Assembly: GCA_032718475.1 (NCBI GenBank)
Contig: JAUCBJ010006495.1
Location: 1 to 61,828 of the forward strand
Length of the DNA stretch: 61,828 bases
Origin: Nemertoderma westbladi
Taxonomy: Eukaryota > Animalia > Xenacoelomorpha
Direction: 5' to 3'
Positions 1-10,555 of the stretch are shown in pieces. The notes under the pieces are model-generated. The model saw nothing but the letters and a program-made list of their open reading frames with translations, was not told the DNA's origin and did not search any database. Within the stretch, counting starts at the first letter, position 1; the number at the start of each line of letters is the position of its first letter. The position numbers and the translations under genes are program-made.

Positions 1-1161
1 ACCATTACCGCTAAAATATAGGTGGCAGATCTGATCGCATATTTCCAATTGGGGTGTCGTTTCAGCCTATGGAAGTAGTTCTGGGCTTCTAATTGGCTGC
101 TCCTTCAATAAGCTCACCCCATTGGCTAACACTCTCCCATAGCTGCATAGCCAAAAGGTACGTCGGTTCAGCCCAATTGCCAGAAGGGGTGTCGCTTGGG
201 GGAAATCACTTCTATTACTTGTAAATTTTACTTAGACCTGCCTACTCCTCCGTATTAAACAGGTAAATCACAATTATATTGTCATATTCACTAATTATTT
301 GTTACCACACCATTTGTATTCGGTTTAGTTAATTAACAAACTGCCATATATAATTATATATTAATTCACAATAATATTTGCGCGAGCCACGTAGAGTAGT
401 AGCCTAAGCATTTGTAACCTGACAGTGTTGGGATGGGGGGGGGGTCAAGGGTCATAAAGGGAAATACTTGTCATTAGTTTTTGTCGCCTTTAACTTAATA
501 ACTATAAGACTGAGTTTGATTTAAATCTTAAAGTTTGTAATATTTAGACATTAAATACGATCAAAATATGGGATTTTAACCACCGCTAGCGGGTGAAATG
601 TCTAAACATCAAACAACCTCGATTTCTTACAGTACAGTAGTTGTCAGTCGGTTCAAAACCTTGGGAATAAGGTTTTGTTGGAGGGATAAAAACAATCAAC
701 ATTATTCGTCTACAAAAGATTACAAATAATTGTTTAATGTTACTTTCTAAATGTTACTAATTGTTCTAAATGTTACTGATTGGTACATACAGTAGTCAAC
801 TTGCTTATTCGAGTTATTTGGCCTATACATACAGTGTGTCAATGTCAGTGAGTACGGACAGTGCAGCAGTGACAAGAACCAGACGTCGTCTTATTTAAAA
901 ACAATAGGACTATCCTGCTAGAGCTACCTCTATCAGTCTTATGGTCAAAGGCAGAAAGGGTCTACAGTACCTACTGTATAACTGACCACGCATTGAAGCT
1001 CACAATCCGCTTACCCTAGGCCTACCTATTTTTACCTGTTCCCATAGTACTGACCTATTACCAATTATTGAGTCTTGGAATAGTACCTGACCACGACTAC
1101 ATGCTGCGTCTTTTTGAGGAAGGTGATTAATCTGCTGCTGCTGCAGTTCTCAGGCAGTCAG

Positions 1162-1400
1162 GTCTGCTGCTAGAGGGCGAATTGTCTGAAAATGAAAACC
1201 TTCTTCCCCATTTCAGTCATCAGTGATTTAAATTTGTTTACCATAAAGCTGAATCTTGGCAAAGTATGTACTACTGTACTACAGTATGGGCCCTACTATC
1301 TGCTATCTGACTATACCTCATCTTGCATCTTCGAGAATAAGGTTATATCTGTCATCTCATCAGTTCTCCAGTCTGCCGCTAGAGGGCGAAATGTCTGAAA
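1162..1400 (+). promoter_or_regulatory. Pair of ~30-bp direct repeats, each with a CTCF-like core
   Basis: GTCTGCTGCTAGAGGGCGAATTGTCTGAAA (1162-1191) and GTCTGCCGCTAGAGGGCGAAATGTCTGAAA (1371-1400). The core C(C/T)GCTAGAGGGCG resembles the CTCF consensus CCASYAGRKGGCR. Function is inferred. Confidence 0.35.
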
Positions 1401-1560
1401 GCGAACACCTTACACTTACCGGTGACGGCTATACCGTAGTCCACCTGACAGCCCTACAGCATTTAAAATCGGCAGGGAAAGTCTGAAGCTAAGTGTAGGT
1501 CTATAATTTAAACAACCCATCAAACTGTCAAACCCCACTGCAATCGCAGTTAAGAAAAGA

Positions 1561-1640
1561 CTTGTCCCAAATTACCCCAGCTGCCCAGCTTGTCCCAAAT
1601 TCCCCCATGCTGCCATGTCCCAAATTACCCCAGTTTACCC
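1561..1640. repeat. Short degenerate tandem repeat (~27 bp x3)
   Basis: Three copies of TGTCCCAAATT(A/C)CCC. Confidence 0.7.
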
Positions 1641-2399
1641 TACACGAATTATTTGTCAGTAGGTAGGTACTGGCAACTGGTACTGCTGTACCGGTACTGG
1701 TCTGCTGGTGGTACAGACTACTGGACTAACTGCAGAACTGTACTAGATGAGATACTACGATGGACTGGACTGCCGAGCGAGCACCTTGAGAACAGAGCTG
1801 CAGAGAGGCCCATAGGCCTATGTTAAAAAGTCGACGCAGGAGAAGATACCTAACATGTAACACATAACAATTAACCACAAGCACCCACAAGCTGACAAGC
1901 CTAGTGCCGTAGGGGCGTAGGGCTGTAGGGCCTACCGCGACCGGTCTGGTAGTGTATATTTTATTTATTTATTAAGCCTAGCACCTAGTCCAGCAAAAAG
2001 TAAAAAACCTTACCGGTCGCGGTCAGCCGGTAGGGCATATGGGTCTCCCTCCAGCAGTCTAGTGCAGTAGTGCCTCAGTTAAAACGTACCCGATCAACAG
2101 ATCAATACCGGTAGGCCTACGCCTAATGCTGTAATGCATAATGTAGGGCTACCCATATTTCGGGTACAGGTACGTTTTAACTTAGGGACCCACCATACTG
2201 CCATACATTATAGTCCTGTCTGCCTGTTGTAGCCATCCTCACAAAACTTCCTACAACCAATCAACAGATCAATATCGTTAGTTCCGGAGATTTAAAGGGA
2301 AAGGATCATGTTACAGTGACTAATTAATCTAACCAAAACAATAAACGCCTGAACGCAGAAGCGGGAGTCAATAGCACTAGTCTGTAGTCAGGAGTCAGC

Positions 2400-3464
2400 T
2401 AGTGGAGTTGCTTAAGGCTAAAAAATAGTTAATTGCCGGACAAAGGCATGAAAATGTTTCTAAACGTGTAAAAAGATTAATCTAGATAGATTAATCTGGG
2501 TCTGTCAGTCTGTGTACCAAAAGAATCGACTACTTCCCTAGCAACAGGGTGACTTTTCCATAGCAATGGGATTAAATTGGTCGTATCTGTTATTGAAACT
2601 CGACATATAGAAAAATTACGATTATATAACTGGGTTGGTTTAAAAATAGATCTTACTTAGCAACAAGGTGACCTTTCCCTAACAACCGCTGTATATTTAA
2701 TGAAATTATGATTGAAACTTGGGATAATCAACATGTCTAGCAATATAACATAGATAGTAATAGTAGTGATATTGGAGTGGATACACATTTCCGTAACAAC
2801 AAGGTGACCTTCCCAAATCAACTAACTGTTGATTGATAGGTTATATTAGAACTGAGACACGTTTCCTCAGCATCAAGGTAAAAATGTTGCACTTTAGGCT
2901 TATGGGGATAATGTGTGTTTACACTGCAACCAATATGTAAATTATTTTTAGTATTATACTTATTATACCAATTCACACATGTCGGTATTTTTAATTTTAT
3001 TGCAGCCATACTCATCCAAACCTCAAAATAGCTATCTGCCCTGCCCTCTTTAGACTGTTAGAGGTGTAAAAAAATTTCGAGAAATATATCTCCAATATAA
3101 ACAGATAAATACTAACCATCTTATATTGCTAAACAGGTTGGTTGATTATCCCAAGTTTTATCATAATTTCATTAAATATACAGCAGTTAGTTGCTAGGGA
3201 AAGGTCACCTTGTTGCTATGGAAACGTGTACTGTACACGACTTCTATTTTTAAGCCAACCCAGTTATATAATCGTAATTTTTATAAATGTCGAGTTTCAA
3301 TAACAGATCGACCAAAAGTATCCGGTTGCTATGAAAACGTCACCCTGTTGCTAGGGAAGTGGTCAGTTTTTTTGGTGCACAGGCCCAAATTAATCTACAC
3401 ATTTAGTCACATTTTCATGCTTTTGTCCGGCAATTAACGATTTTCACCTTTAGCGACCCCACTA
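2400..3464. mobile_element. Non-autonomous foldback/MITE-like element with ~350-bp imperfect inverted arms
   Basis: About 2400-2750 is the reverse complement of about 3120-3464 (e.g. GTTAATTGCCGGACAAAGGCATGAAAATG vs CATTTTCATGCTTTTGTCCGGCAATTAAC; TTACGATTATATAACTGGGTTGG vs CCAACCCAGTTATATAATCGTAA). TA at both outer ends; no coding capacity. Confidence 0.8.
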
Positions 3465-3718
3465 CACAGGTTACAGTTTATTTTTGCTATTTATTTTTGT
3501 ACTACCAAAACGTTACCTAATGCATCATTGTTAAAACGTACCCAGTATTCGGGTACGTTTTTGTTCGGGTACGTGTGTTGTGTACGTTTTACTTTTAATC
3601 AGGGTACGTTTTCACTTGTTCCCGTTTAAGGGCAACGGCAGCCAGGAACACCTAGATTAGGTACTCACCCTTACTTCTATTACTTGGTGTATTAAGGAAA
3701 AGTTGCGTTATTAATATA

Positions 3719-6700
3719 ATGGATATTCAAGTCGGTGAAAACAAAATATTTACTGTGAATAATGTATGTTCAATTGATGATATCAGTAACCTTATTGCGG
3801 AAATGTCATGTAATGATAATAAGAAATCGATCAACCTTGCCTCATATATAATACTTCGTGTTAGAAACAAGGAATGGGAATTAGATGTAACAGTAAATTC
3901 TTTACTGAACTCAGCAGAATTATGCAACAATCCAAGCGGACTATTTGAAGCAATATGTGAACTTGTGTTGGAAATGGATATCGGGAAGTTACAAATGAGT
4001 CATCCACTTAAAGATTTATACCTCTGTCGCCCGGAATATGGAATGCGGATTGTTAAAACGATGTTTGAACACATGAATGTATCTTCAGCAGTCCACAAGA
4101 TTACAAGTCATTTTGGCATTTTTATAGAGTATATTATGTATCTTCCCGATAATGTTAATAACATATCAATAAAATTGGAACTCATATCACAACTTAGTAA
4201 TATTTATATGACATATGATGATAATGGTACAGTTAAAGGAACATATCAATTGGGGTTATTTATTTTCCATTTAATTGAAGCAATGCCTTTGCGGGATGAT
4301 AATTCCTTGAGTTGTGCCATTAAATTTCTCACTGAGCTTTCAAGAACTTCACTTGGTCTAAAGGGAAACGGTTTGCTATTGGATCACCTGTTTTCTTTAG
4401 CAGAATATGTTGTACAACATAATCAATTTGGTCTTCATTCAATTATATATGCCATTTCCCACCTGGTATCTCATTCTAATTGCTACCTTAATGGTGCACA
4501 TTTCTTCTCTTTGAGCCGACTTCTCCTAACATGCCCGATGAAATTGTATTCTACAATTCTGCAAATAATGTTAACTGGTACACAATGGGGATCATTGAAC
4601 ATTCAAATTAAGCTATGCGCGCTACTACCAATTTGCTTTATTTTAAGTAACCATCATAAAATATCATTGTGTCTTGATTCAACAAGAGTTGCTGATATAC
4701 AGAAAATATCGTCAACTATTATAAAACTCGTGAACAACATTGAATTTAAGAGTTGCAGTATAGATGGAGGTATAGGTGAATCTGACTGTGATCACCTTAT
4801 TCCTGTTACACCTTGTAATACCAGTGCTCCAATAAATATAAATTTTTTGGAAACCCAACAAATGTCAAGTTTATTATCTTCGTTTGAAAATAAGGATTCT
4901 ATTGCAGTTGATTGGTTGGGCTCTCTTCTCCATGGAACTAGGTCGGCTTCAAAACAAGAAAAACCAGGAGATTCAAATTATCAAGATAATTATATCATAG
5001 TCAATGAAAGCGTTTGTCTAATAATCGGTAGTCTTATTTCTTCTCAAACTAGTACCTTGGTTGTAGATAGATGTCTGGATGTATTATCAGTAATGTTAAA
5101 GAATAAAAATCTAAATCATTTACATGATGTATTTCTACCATTGCTGTTACATATTTGTATACACGAACACAATTCTAATACAATATACAACCTGCTAAGT
5201 TATCTTCCTTCCATGGCAGTATGCAAACGTTCTATTCCATTGGTCTTACAATTTATTCTTAATATGAAAAAGCATGAAGATCTGCAAGGTGAATCTTTAA
5301 GTCTTCTTACTAAACTGTGGGAAATTGAAGATAGAGTCTACCCTTATGTCATGGAAGTATTGAACTGCATTGATCTATCAAAATGTTCACATGAGTTAAG
5401 TCTAAGTTATTCTTCAAGTATAAAAGATATATGTTGTGTTAGAACACATCTTCATGGTGCAGATATGGTGCCATTTTTGTCAAAAAATTTAAATTATTCT
5501 AATTTGAATGTACAGTGTATTTCTCTGGAAGCACTGTATCACTTGTGTAACGCAGAAGTTATTGATATATCTACTGTGTGCCAGGTAGTTACACCAAAGT
5601 TTAGAGACTTTGGACACCCACTTATTCAGTATTATATGTGTCGTATCTTATCTCTTCTACCTACATTAGTCAAGGTACCTGGAGATACCCACATCGAATC
5701 CTGTAAATATTTGTGGAAAATCGTTTTTGATAATGTACATATAAGCTCAACTTCAAATTCACATATAACTGCTATAACCTCCGCATTAGAGGGACTGGGG
5801 AACTTTGATAAGGCATTTGTTCTTGATATGCAATATTTACCTTTAGAAATTCAAGCTGAATTCCAAGATTCTCAAGAAAATGCCTGTTCCAATGAACATA
5901 AACAACTAGAGTTCCAAAATAAACCAATTCCATGTGATCTTTTTATTTCACTATTTCTGAAACTACCGGAAGATTGCTTCAAATCTTTTGTTTCATTTTT
6001 ATCGGATGTGATAAGCGATGAGCTTTCTAATTTACCACATGGGACTTATCATGAGGGGATGACTGTTCGAAAATCAGAACTATATAAGTTGGTGAAAAGT
6101 CATAAGAAGATATCAATGGCAATTACCAAATGTTTGTCTCAAAATGATGGAGGGGATCTAACTATGAGAGAGACATTGGCATTTATTGTATCACACTCTG
6201 TAGACCCACCTCAAGTATCAAACTCTGATAAACGTACACAATTGAAACAATGGCTTTTATTTAAGAAAACTAATTTGAAAGCTTTGAATAAGGTGTTGAA
6301 GTATTCACATTATAAACTTTCTGAATGTGGCTCTGACCTCATTGAACATATTTCGTCTTGGAAGATGTTAATGTCAAAACTGATTCAAGCTATGGTTGAA
6401 TTTAGAAAAGCTGATTTAGAATTGAACTTCGAACTTAAACGAATTAAAGTCACCTCGGGAACTTCTTTGGAATTTCAACAAACACAAGATGTGTGGGTGT
6501 GGTCTAGAGATTGCCTTATGCTTGAAATACAAACAGCTGCCAATGAAAATAATTTTGGAAAATCCAACTCTATTATTGCAGTCACATCATTAGCTATTGT
6601 ATTGGATGAATATTACAAAGCATTGGACCTCACAGAAACTAACAATTGTTCTTCATATACTAACCACACCGAGTGGGTTTCTGCTATTCTAAATCCATTG

Positions 6701-8980
6701 ATGCAATTGGTGTTTGATTGCGGTGAACCTGTTACAACACCACAACGAATTGGTTGGTTGCATCAGCTTCCCAAGGAAAGCTTATCGGTATTGTGCTTGT
6801 CACAAATTTTACCATTGTTCTCGGAAAATTCGGAACAACTCACCATAAACACTCTGGATAAATTTCGGAATATGGTTGAAGAGTATAACAAAGAATCTGC
6901 AGTTGTATCTCATGAGATGGGAGATATTGCTGGTTATGCTTTGGGTTATTGTTTAAATCAATTGTACAATGAAATAGGCCATGGCGGGTATTTATATGGT
7001 AAAGTAAATGAATGTTTATATGGAAAATTCGAACTTTGTATTTTAAGATGTCTGAGCACATTAGAAACTGTATGTCCGAGTGGACCATTAGGCCTAACAA
7101 ATAAAATGACATTTTATGGGTTTGGCTTAGCCCTCCATGGTATGTGCTCCGTGGCAGTTTCTGAAAATAAGGTTCATGTAAGTTCACAGTTGTCAGCATT
7201 ACTAGCCATTATAAAGTCACCTGATAACATTATTGAAGAGAAAGAGCTAGTTTCTATTATCTCATCGCAAATTCTTTCAAAGGCTTGGATGATGGGATTT
7301 CTGAAAGATTCAAGTATAATCGACTGCTATATCAGCCATCTTTCTGAACTTTGTAAAACCCATTCTTATAATTCATTACTCAGAAGAAGCCTTGGGGAAT
7401 ATTTAAGAGTAAAGACTTTTGTCAACGGATATTGGGCTATTGGAATATATGATTGCTCATATTCTCAAACATTGGTTGAAGAGTCCGAATGGAAAGTAGA
7501 AGCTTCTGATAATCTGAATCCAACTGCGAACAGATTGGCAGCTGCATCTGGACTTTTAGCACTTAATGGGCTTTGGAGTTCAGACGAATCAGCAGAACAG
7601 TTAATACCTATAATCAACTATATATTAGACCTATGCTTTCTACCAAATTGCGATGCACTGCTACTTGCCTCTTTGGTAAGCAGCAAACTTGCGAAACACC
7701 CTTTCACCATTTTACCTCGTACATTTAGCTACCTTGATAAATCCAATATTCTTCAATATATAACTGATACATACAATTCACATTCATCTTCAACTACAAA
7801 GAAGTTTATTCTAAGTTGCCTCGAACACTCAAGTCGCTTGGTTAAGTTTCCCCCATTAAATTGGATTTCGTTTGTTATGTCAAATCTGGAAGATTGGTCA
7901 CCAACCTTCGATATCAGATGGAAAGAAATCTTCATTTATTTCCTCGCCAATCTCCTAGGCGACTTGTTGCCTATTTCGGATAGAATTCTTTACTTTTTCA
8001 ACCCTATGGTGTATCGTATACTTAATAAAGGTGCTAAGTATGCCATGCTGCTAACAATTCCCAAACTGATGATGTATTTGAAGCCCAGTGCCAATCTCCA
8101 CCCTATACTGTTAATCTGCGTAGAAACCTTTATAATACCCACTGTGCACGGACATTGTTTACAGGCTTTAACTGTAATTGAGAGTGTATTTAATAGTAAA
8201 ACGTTAATAGCATTATTTTATGACGTTCTGGAAAAGATATTGCACCTTCTACCATGCAATCCTAAAACAGAATCCGACCTTGAATTATTGAAGAAATATT
8301 GTCGATGTTTTGCTTCAGTATCATTCCCTGAGTATGCAGAGAGGTTGTTGTCAGAACCAGAGAAAGATGATTTAGTCAAATACGTTACTATACGATGTAT
8401 TTTGGTCAGTGAAGAGAACTATGATCTCAGCAACATCGATGCCTGCATAAATATATCTTTAACGGCTGATATTAATGAATCCGAATGTTTTGTCATGGTC
8501 GCGATGATTGCTTCAGCCTGTGGGAAATATAATGAATCTCAAACTAATCCGGATACGTTTCAAAAGTGGCTGATAAATTTGTTATCTTACAATAAGAAAG
8601 AATTACGCCAATTAATTGTATCAGAAACTGATGAAAACAATTATTACATTAACTTCATAAACTTTCATATTAGTGTTTTGGGGGCTATATTTTGTTCCCT
8701 AGCAGCGTGTTCGGCACTGTCCCAAGGTACAGGATGGTTCTGCAGTGGGCAGCTTGGTGCAGCTAAAGTCTCATGGATGGCTCACTGTAACTCTATATCA
8801 TATATGCCATTGGCATTAGACATTCTTTCCAGGCAAACGAAATGGCGTTCCATACTTGAGCGGACAAAGATCTGGATTATTGACCTTCTTGAGTTACCTG
8901 TAATAACTGAAGTCCCTCGTCACAAACACAAAGTACTGTGTCAGTCACTCAGAACTTTACGAAATTTAGTTCGAGAATAG
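3719..8980 (+). CDS. FOCAD: Focadhesin-like protein (FOCAD/KIAA1797, plant RST1 family), alpha-solenoid, single-exon CDS
   Basis: Uninterrupted 1753-aa Leu/Ile/Ser-rich ORF of focadhesin size. Recalled family-like segments: LLTKLWEIEDRVYP, SIKDICCVRTHLHGADMVPFLS, LEALYHLCNAEVIDI, WVWSRDCL, LPRTFSYL, FPPLNW. AATAAA follows the stop. Confidence 0.75.
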   Translation: MDIQVGENKIFTVNNVCSIDDISNLIAEMSCNDNKKSINLASYIILRVRNKEWELDVTVNSLLNSAELCNNPSGLFEAICELVLEMDIGKLQMSHPLKDLYLCRPEYGMRIVKTMFEHMNVSSAVHKITSHFGIFIEYIMYLPDNVNNISIKLELISQLSNIYMTYDDNGTVKGTYQLGLFIFHLIEAMPLRDDNSLSCAIKFLTELSRTSLGLKGNGLLLDHLFSLAEYVVQHNQFGLHSIIYAISHLVSHSNCYLNGAHFFSLSRLLLTCPMKLYSTILQIMLTGTQWGSLNIQIKLCALLPICFILSNHHKISLCLDSTRVADIQKISSTIIKLVNNIEFKSCSIDGGIGESDCDHLIPVTPCNTSAPININFLETQQMSSLLSSFENKDSIAVDWLGSLLHGTRSASKQEKPGDSNYQDNYIIVNESVCLIIGSLISSQTSTLVVDRCLDVLSVMLKNKNLNHLHDVFLPLLLHICIHEHNSNTIYNLLSYLPSMAVCKRSIPLVLQFILNMKKHEDLQGESLSLLTKLWEIEDRVYPYVMEVLNCIDLSKCSHELSLSYSSSIKDICCVRTHLHGADMVPFLSKNLNYSNLNVQCISLEALYHLCNAEVIDISTVCQVVTPKFRDFGHPLIQYYMCRILSLLPTLVKVPGDTHIESCKYLWKIVFDNVHISSTSNSHITAITSALEGLGNFDKAFVLDMQYLPLEIQAEFQDSQENACSNEHKQLEFQNKPIPCDLFISLFLKLPEDCFKSFVSFLSDVISDELSNLPHGTYHEGMTVRKSELYKLVKSHKKISMAITKCLSQNDGGDLTMRETLAFIVSHSVDPPQVSNSDKRTQLKQWLLFKKTNLKALNKVLKYSHYKLSECGSDLIEHISSWKMLMSKLIQAMVEFRKADLELNFELKRIKVTSGTSLEFQQTQDVWVWSRDCLMLEIQTAANENNFGKSNSIIAVTSLAIVLDEYYKALDLTETNNCSSYTNHTEWVSAILNPLMQLVFDCGEPVTTPQRIGWLHQLPKESLSVLCLSQILPLFSENSEQLTINTLDKFRNMVEEYNKESAVVSHEMGDIAGYALGYCLNQLYNEIGHGGYLYGKVNECLYGKFELCILRCLSTLETVCPSGPLGLTNKMTFYGFGLALHGMCSVAVSENKVHVSSQLSALLAIIKSPDNIIEEKELVSIISSQILSKAWMMGFLKDSSIIDCYISHLSELCKTHSYNSLLRRSLGEYLRVKTFVNGYWAIGIYDCSYSQTLVEESEWKVEASDNLNPTANRLAAASGLLALNGLWSSDESAEQLIPIINYILDLCFLPNCDALLLASLVSSKLAKHPFTILPRTFSYLDKSNILQYITDTYNSHSSSTTKKFILSCLEHSSRLVKFPPLNWISFVMSNLEDWSPTFDIRWKEIFIYFLANLLGDLLPISDRILYFFNPMVYRILNKGAKYAMLLTIPKLMMYLKPSANLHPILLICVETFIIPTVHGHCLQALTVIESVFNSKTLIALFYDVLEKILHLLPCNPKTESDLELLKKYCRCFASVSFPEYAERLLSEPEKDDLVKYVTIRCILVSEENYDLSNIDACINISLTADINESECFVMVAMIASACGKYNESQTNPDTFQKWLINLLSYNKKELRQLIVSETDENNYYINFINFHISVLGAIFCSLAACSALSQGTGWFCSGQLGAAKVSWMAHCNSISYMPLALDILSRQTKWRSILERTKIWIIDLLELPVITEVPRHKHKVLCQSLRTLRNLVRE

Positions 8981-8987
8981 ATTATTG

Positions 8988-8993
8988 AATAAA
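8988..8993 (+). terminator. Candidate polyadenylation signal of the FOCAD-like gene
   Basis: AATAAA 7 nt after the TAG stop; usage not demonstrated. Confidence 0.4.
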
Positions 8994-9304
8994 TATACAA
9001 TGACGTCATTCACTCGGGACGTTGCCTGATTGGCTATTTGCACACATGTTGTCCACATTATATGTTGAATGATCACTATCATATAATTAAAATTATTTAT
9101 TTTATAAAGTTATTATTATGATTTAAAAACTGAATTGAATAGTAAATCAAATAAATCTTCACTAATTTTGATATGACAAAGCAATTTTAAATGATAAACG
9201 AACCGTAATTTAATTCTACTAAGTGCAGGTAGGGGGGGGGGGGGAACTGGACACACAGAAAAATATATCTCCAGGGGAAACTGGACGCAAATCCCAGAAC
9301 TGGT

Positions 9305-9478
9305 GGATTTGGGAATAAGGGATTTGGGAATAAGGGATTTGGGAATAAGGGATTTGGGAATAAGGTATTTGGGAATAACGTTTATGGGATTTGGGAATAA
9401 GGTATTTGGGAATACGAGATTTGGGAATAAGGTATTTGGGAATAAGTTTTATGGGATTTGGGAATAAGGTATTTGGGA
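9305..9478. repeat. Minisatellite, ~15-bp unit GG(G/T)ATTTGGGAATAA
   Basis: About 10 tandem copies with occasional short insertions. Confidence 0.9.
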
Positions 9479-10555
9479 TCTGCCATTATTGGTTCACTGA
9501 AGAAGATACCTACGCAATACATCTCCTTGTTCATTACGCCTCATAATAGCCTCTCGTCAACAAGTCTACCCTACCGACTGCGGCACTGGCTGTTTCCGCT
9601 GACGGGACTCAGTTGAACAGACGCTCATGTGAAGAATACCAGGATTTCACTTATACGGTCGACTTTTTATTGGAATTTTATATAATTATGAAGATTTTTT
9701 ATTTTTTTAAATTTATCTTTATTGAGTGTTTTATAGCGTTTATTTCTGTCTTCTAACCTGTACATATACTAATTCGTTTATTGTTTTGGTTAGATTCAGC
9801 CGTTCTGCAACCTATGTTTTTGGTAAAACCTGGTAACCAGTACTGGTAGGCCTACAGGGTACCGTTGACCGTTAGTAAATTGTATTTTTCAACACCAATA
9901 ATAGTATCCTATAAATACTGTTAATTCCTCCCTTTTCACTTATTTTCACGTTGGCCTACACTAATCATCAACTAACTCTATATTTTATTCTAATTTTACA
10001 TTATTTCTTTGTTTTATATCTTTAAGTGCTCTCCATTTATTTTTATTTTCTTTTACATAATGACCATACACATGTACATAATACTTAAGTGGCCTTTTAT
10101 TTACATACGAATTTGTCCACCTACTGTATACTGTCAATTTGTCCGTCATGTTTTAATGCTTCAAACCGTGTAATTATTTTAATGTATTATTTTAAACAAT
10201 CCACAATTACGTGTGTCGCCAAAATATCTGCCTCTTTACCGATTTCTATTTATTTATATTATATTACATGTTTATATTATATCAACTGTTTTTATTAAAT
10301 CGTTATACTTAGATAAAGAGTTTATTTTGTTGGCTGGACCTACTGTATGTCTAAATGACCAAATGAAACCGGTAGTTAGTTACAGTAGTTTATTTATAGA
10401 CCAGGCCAGCACATACTATAATTTAAACACACAAATTTAATGTACAAGGTAGTCTACGAGTTACTAATATTTACCGTAATAGTCCATGACCTACTATAAT
10501 AGTAGTAGTCCTAAATATTATTTAATAATTTGATCAAAATAAATAAATATACCTA

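Noticed and set aside
1405-1490. First exon of a divergent minus-strand gene (donor-like CG|GTAAGT near 1413-1420)
   Set aside because: Only a single donor-like word, with no coding or downstream exon support in the window.
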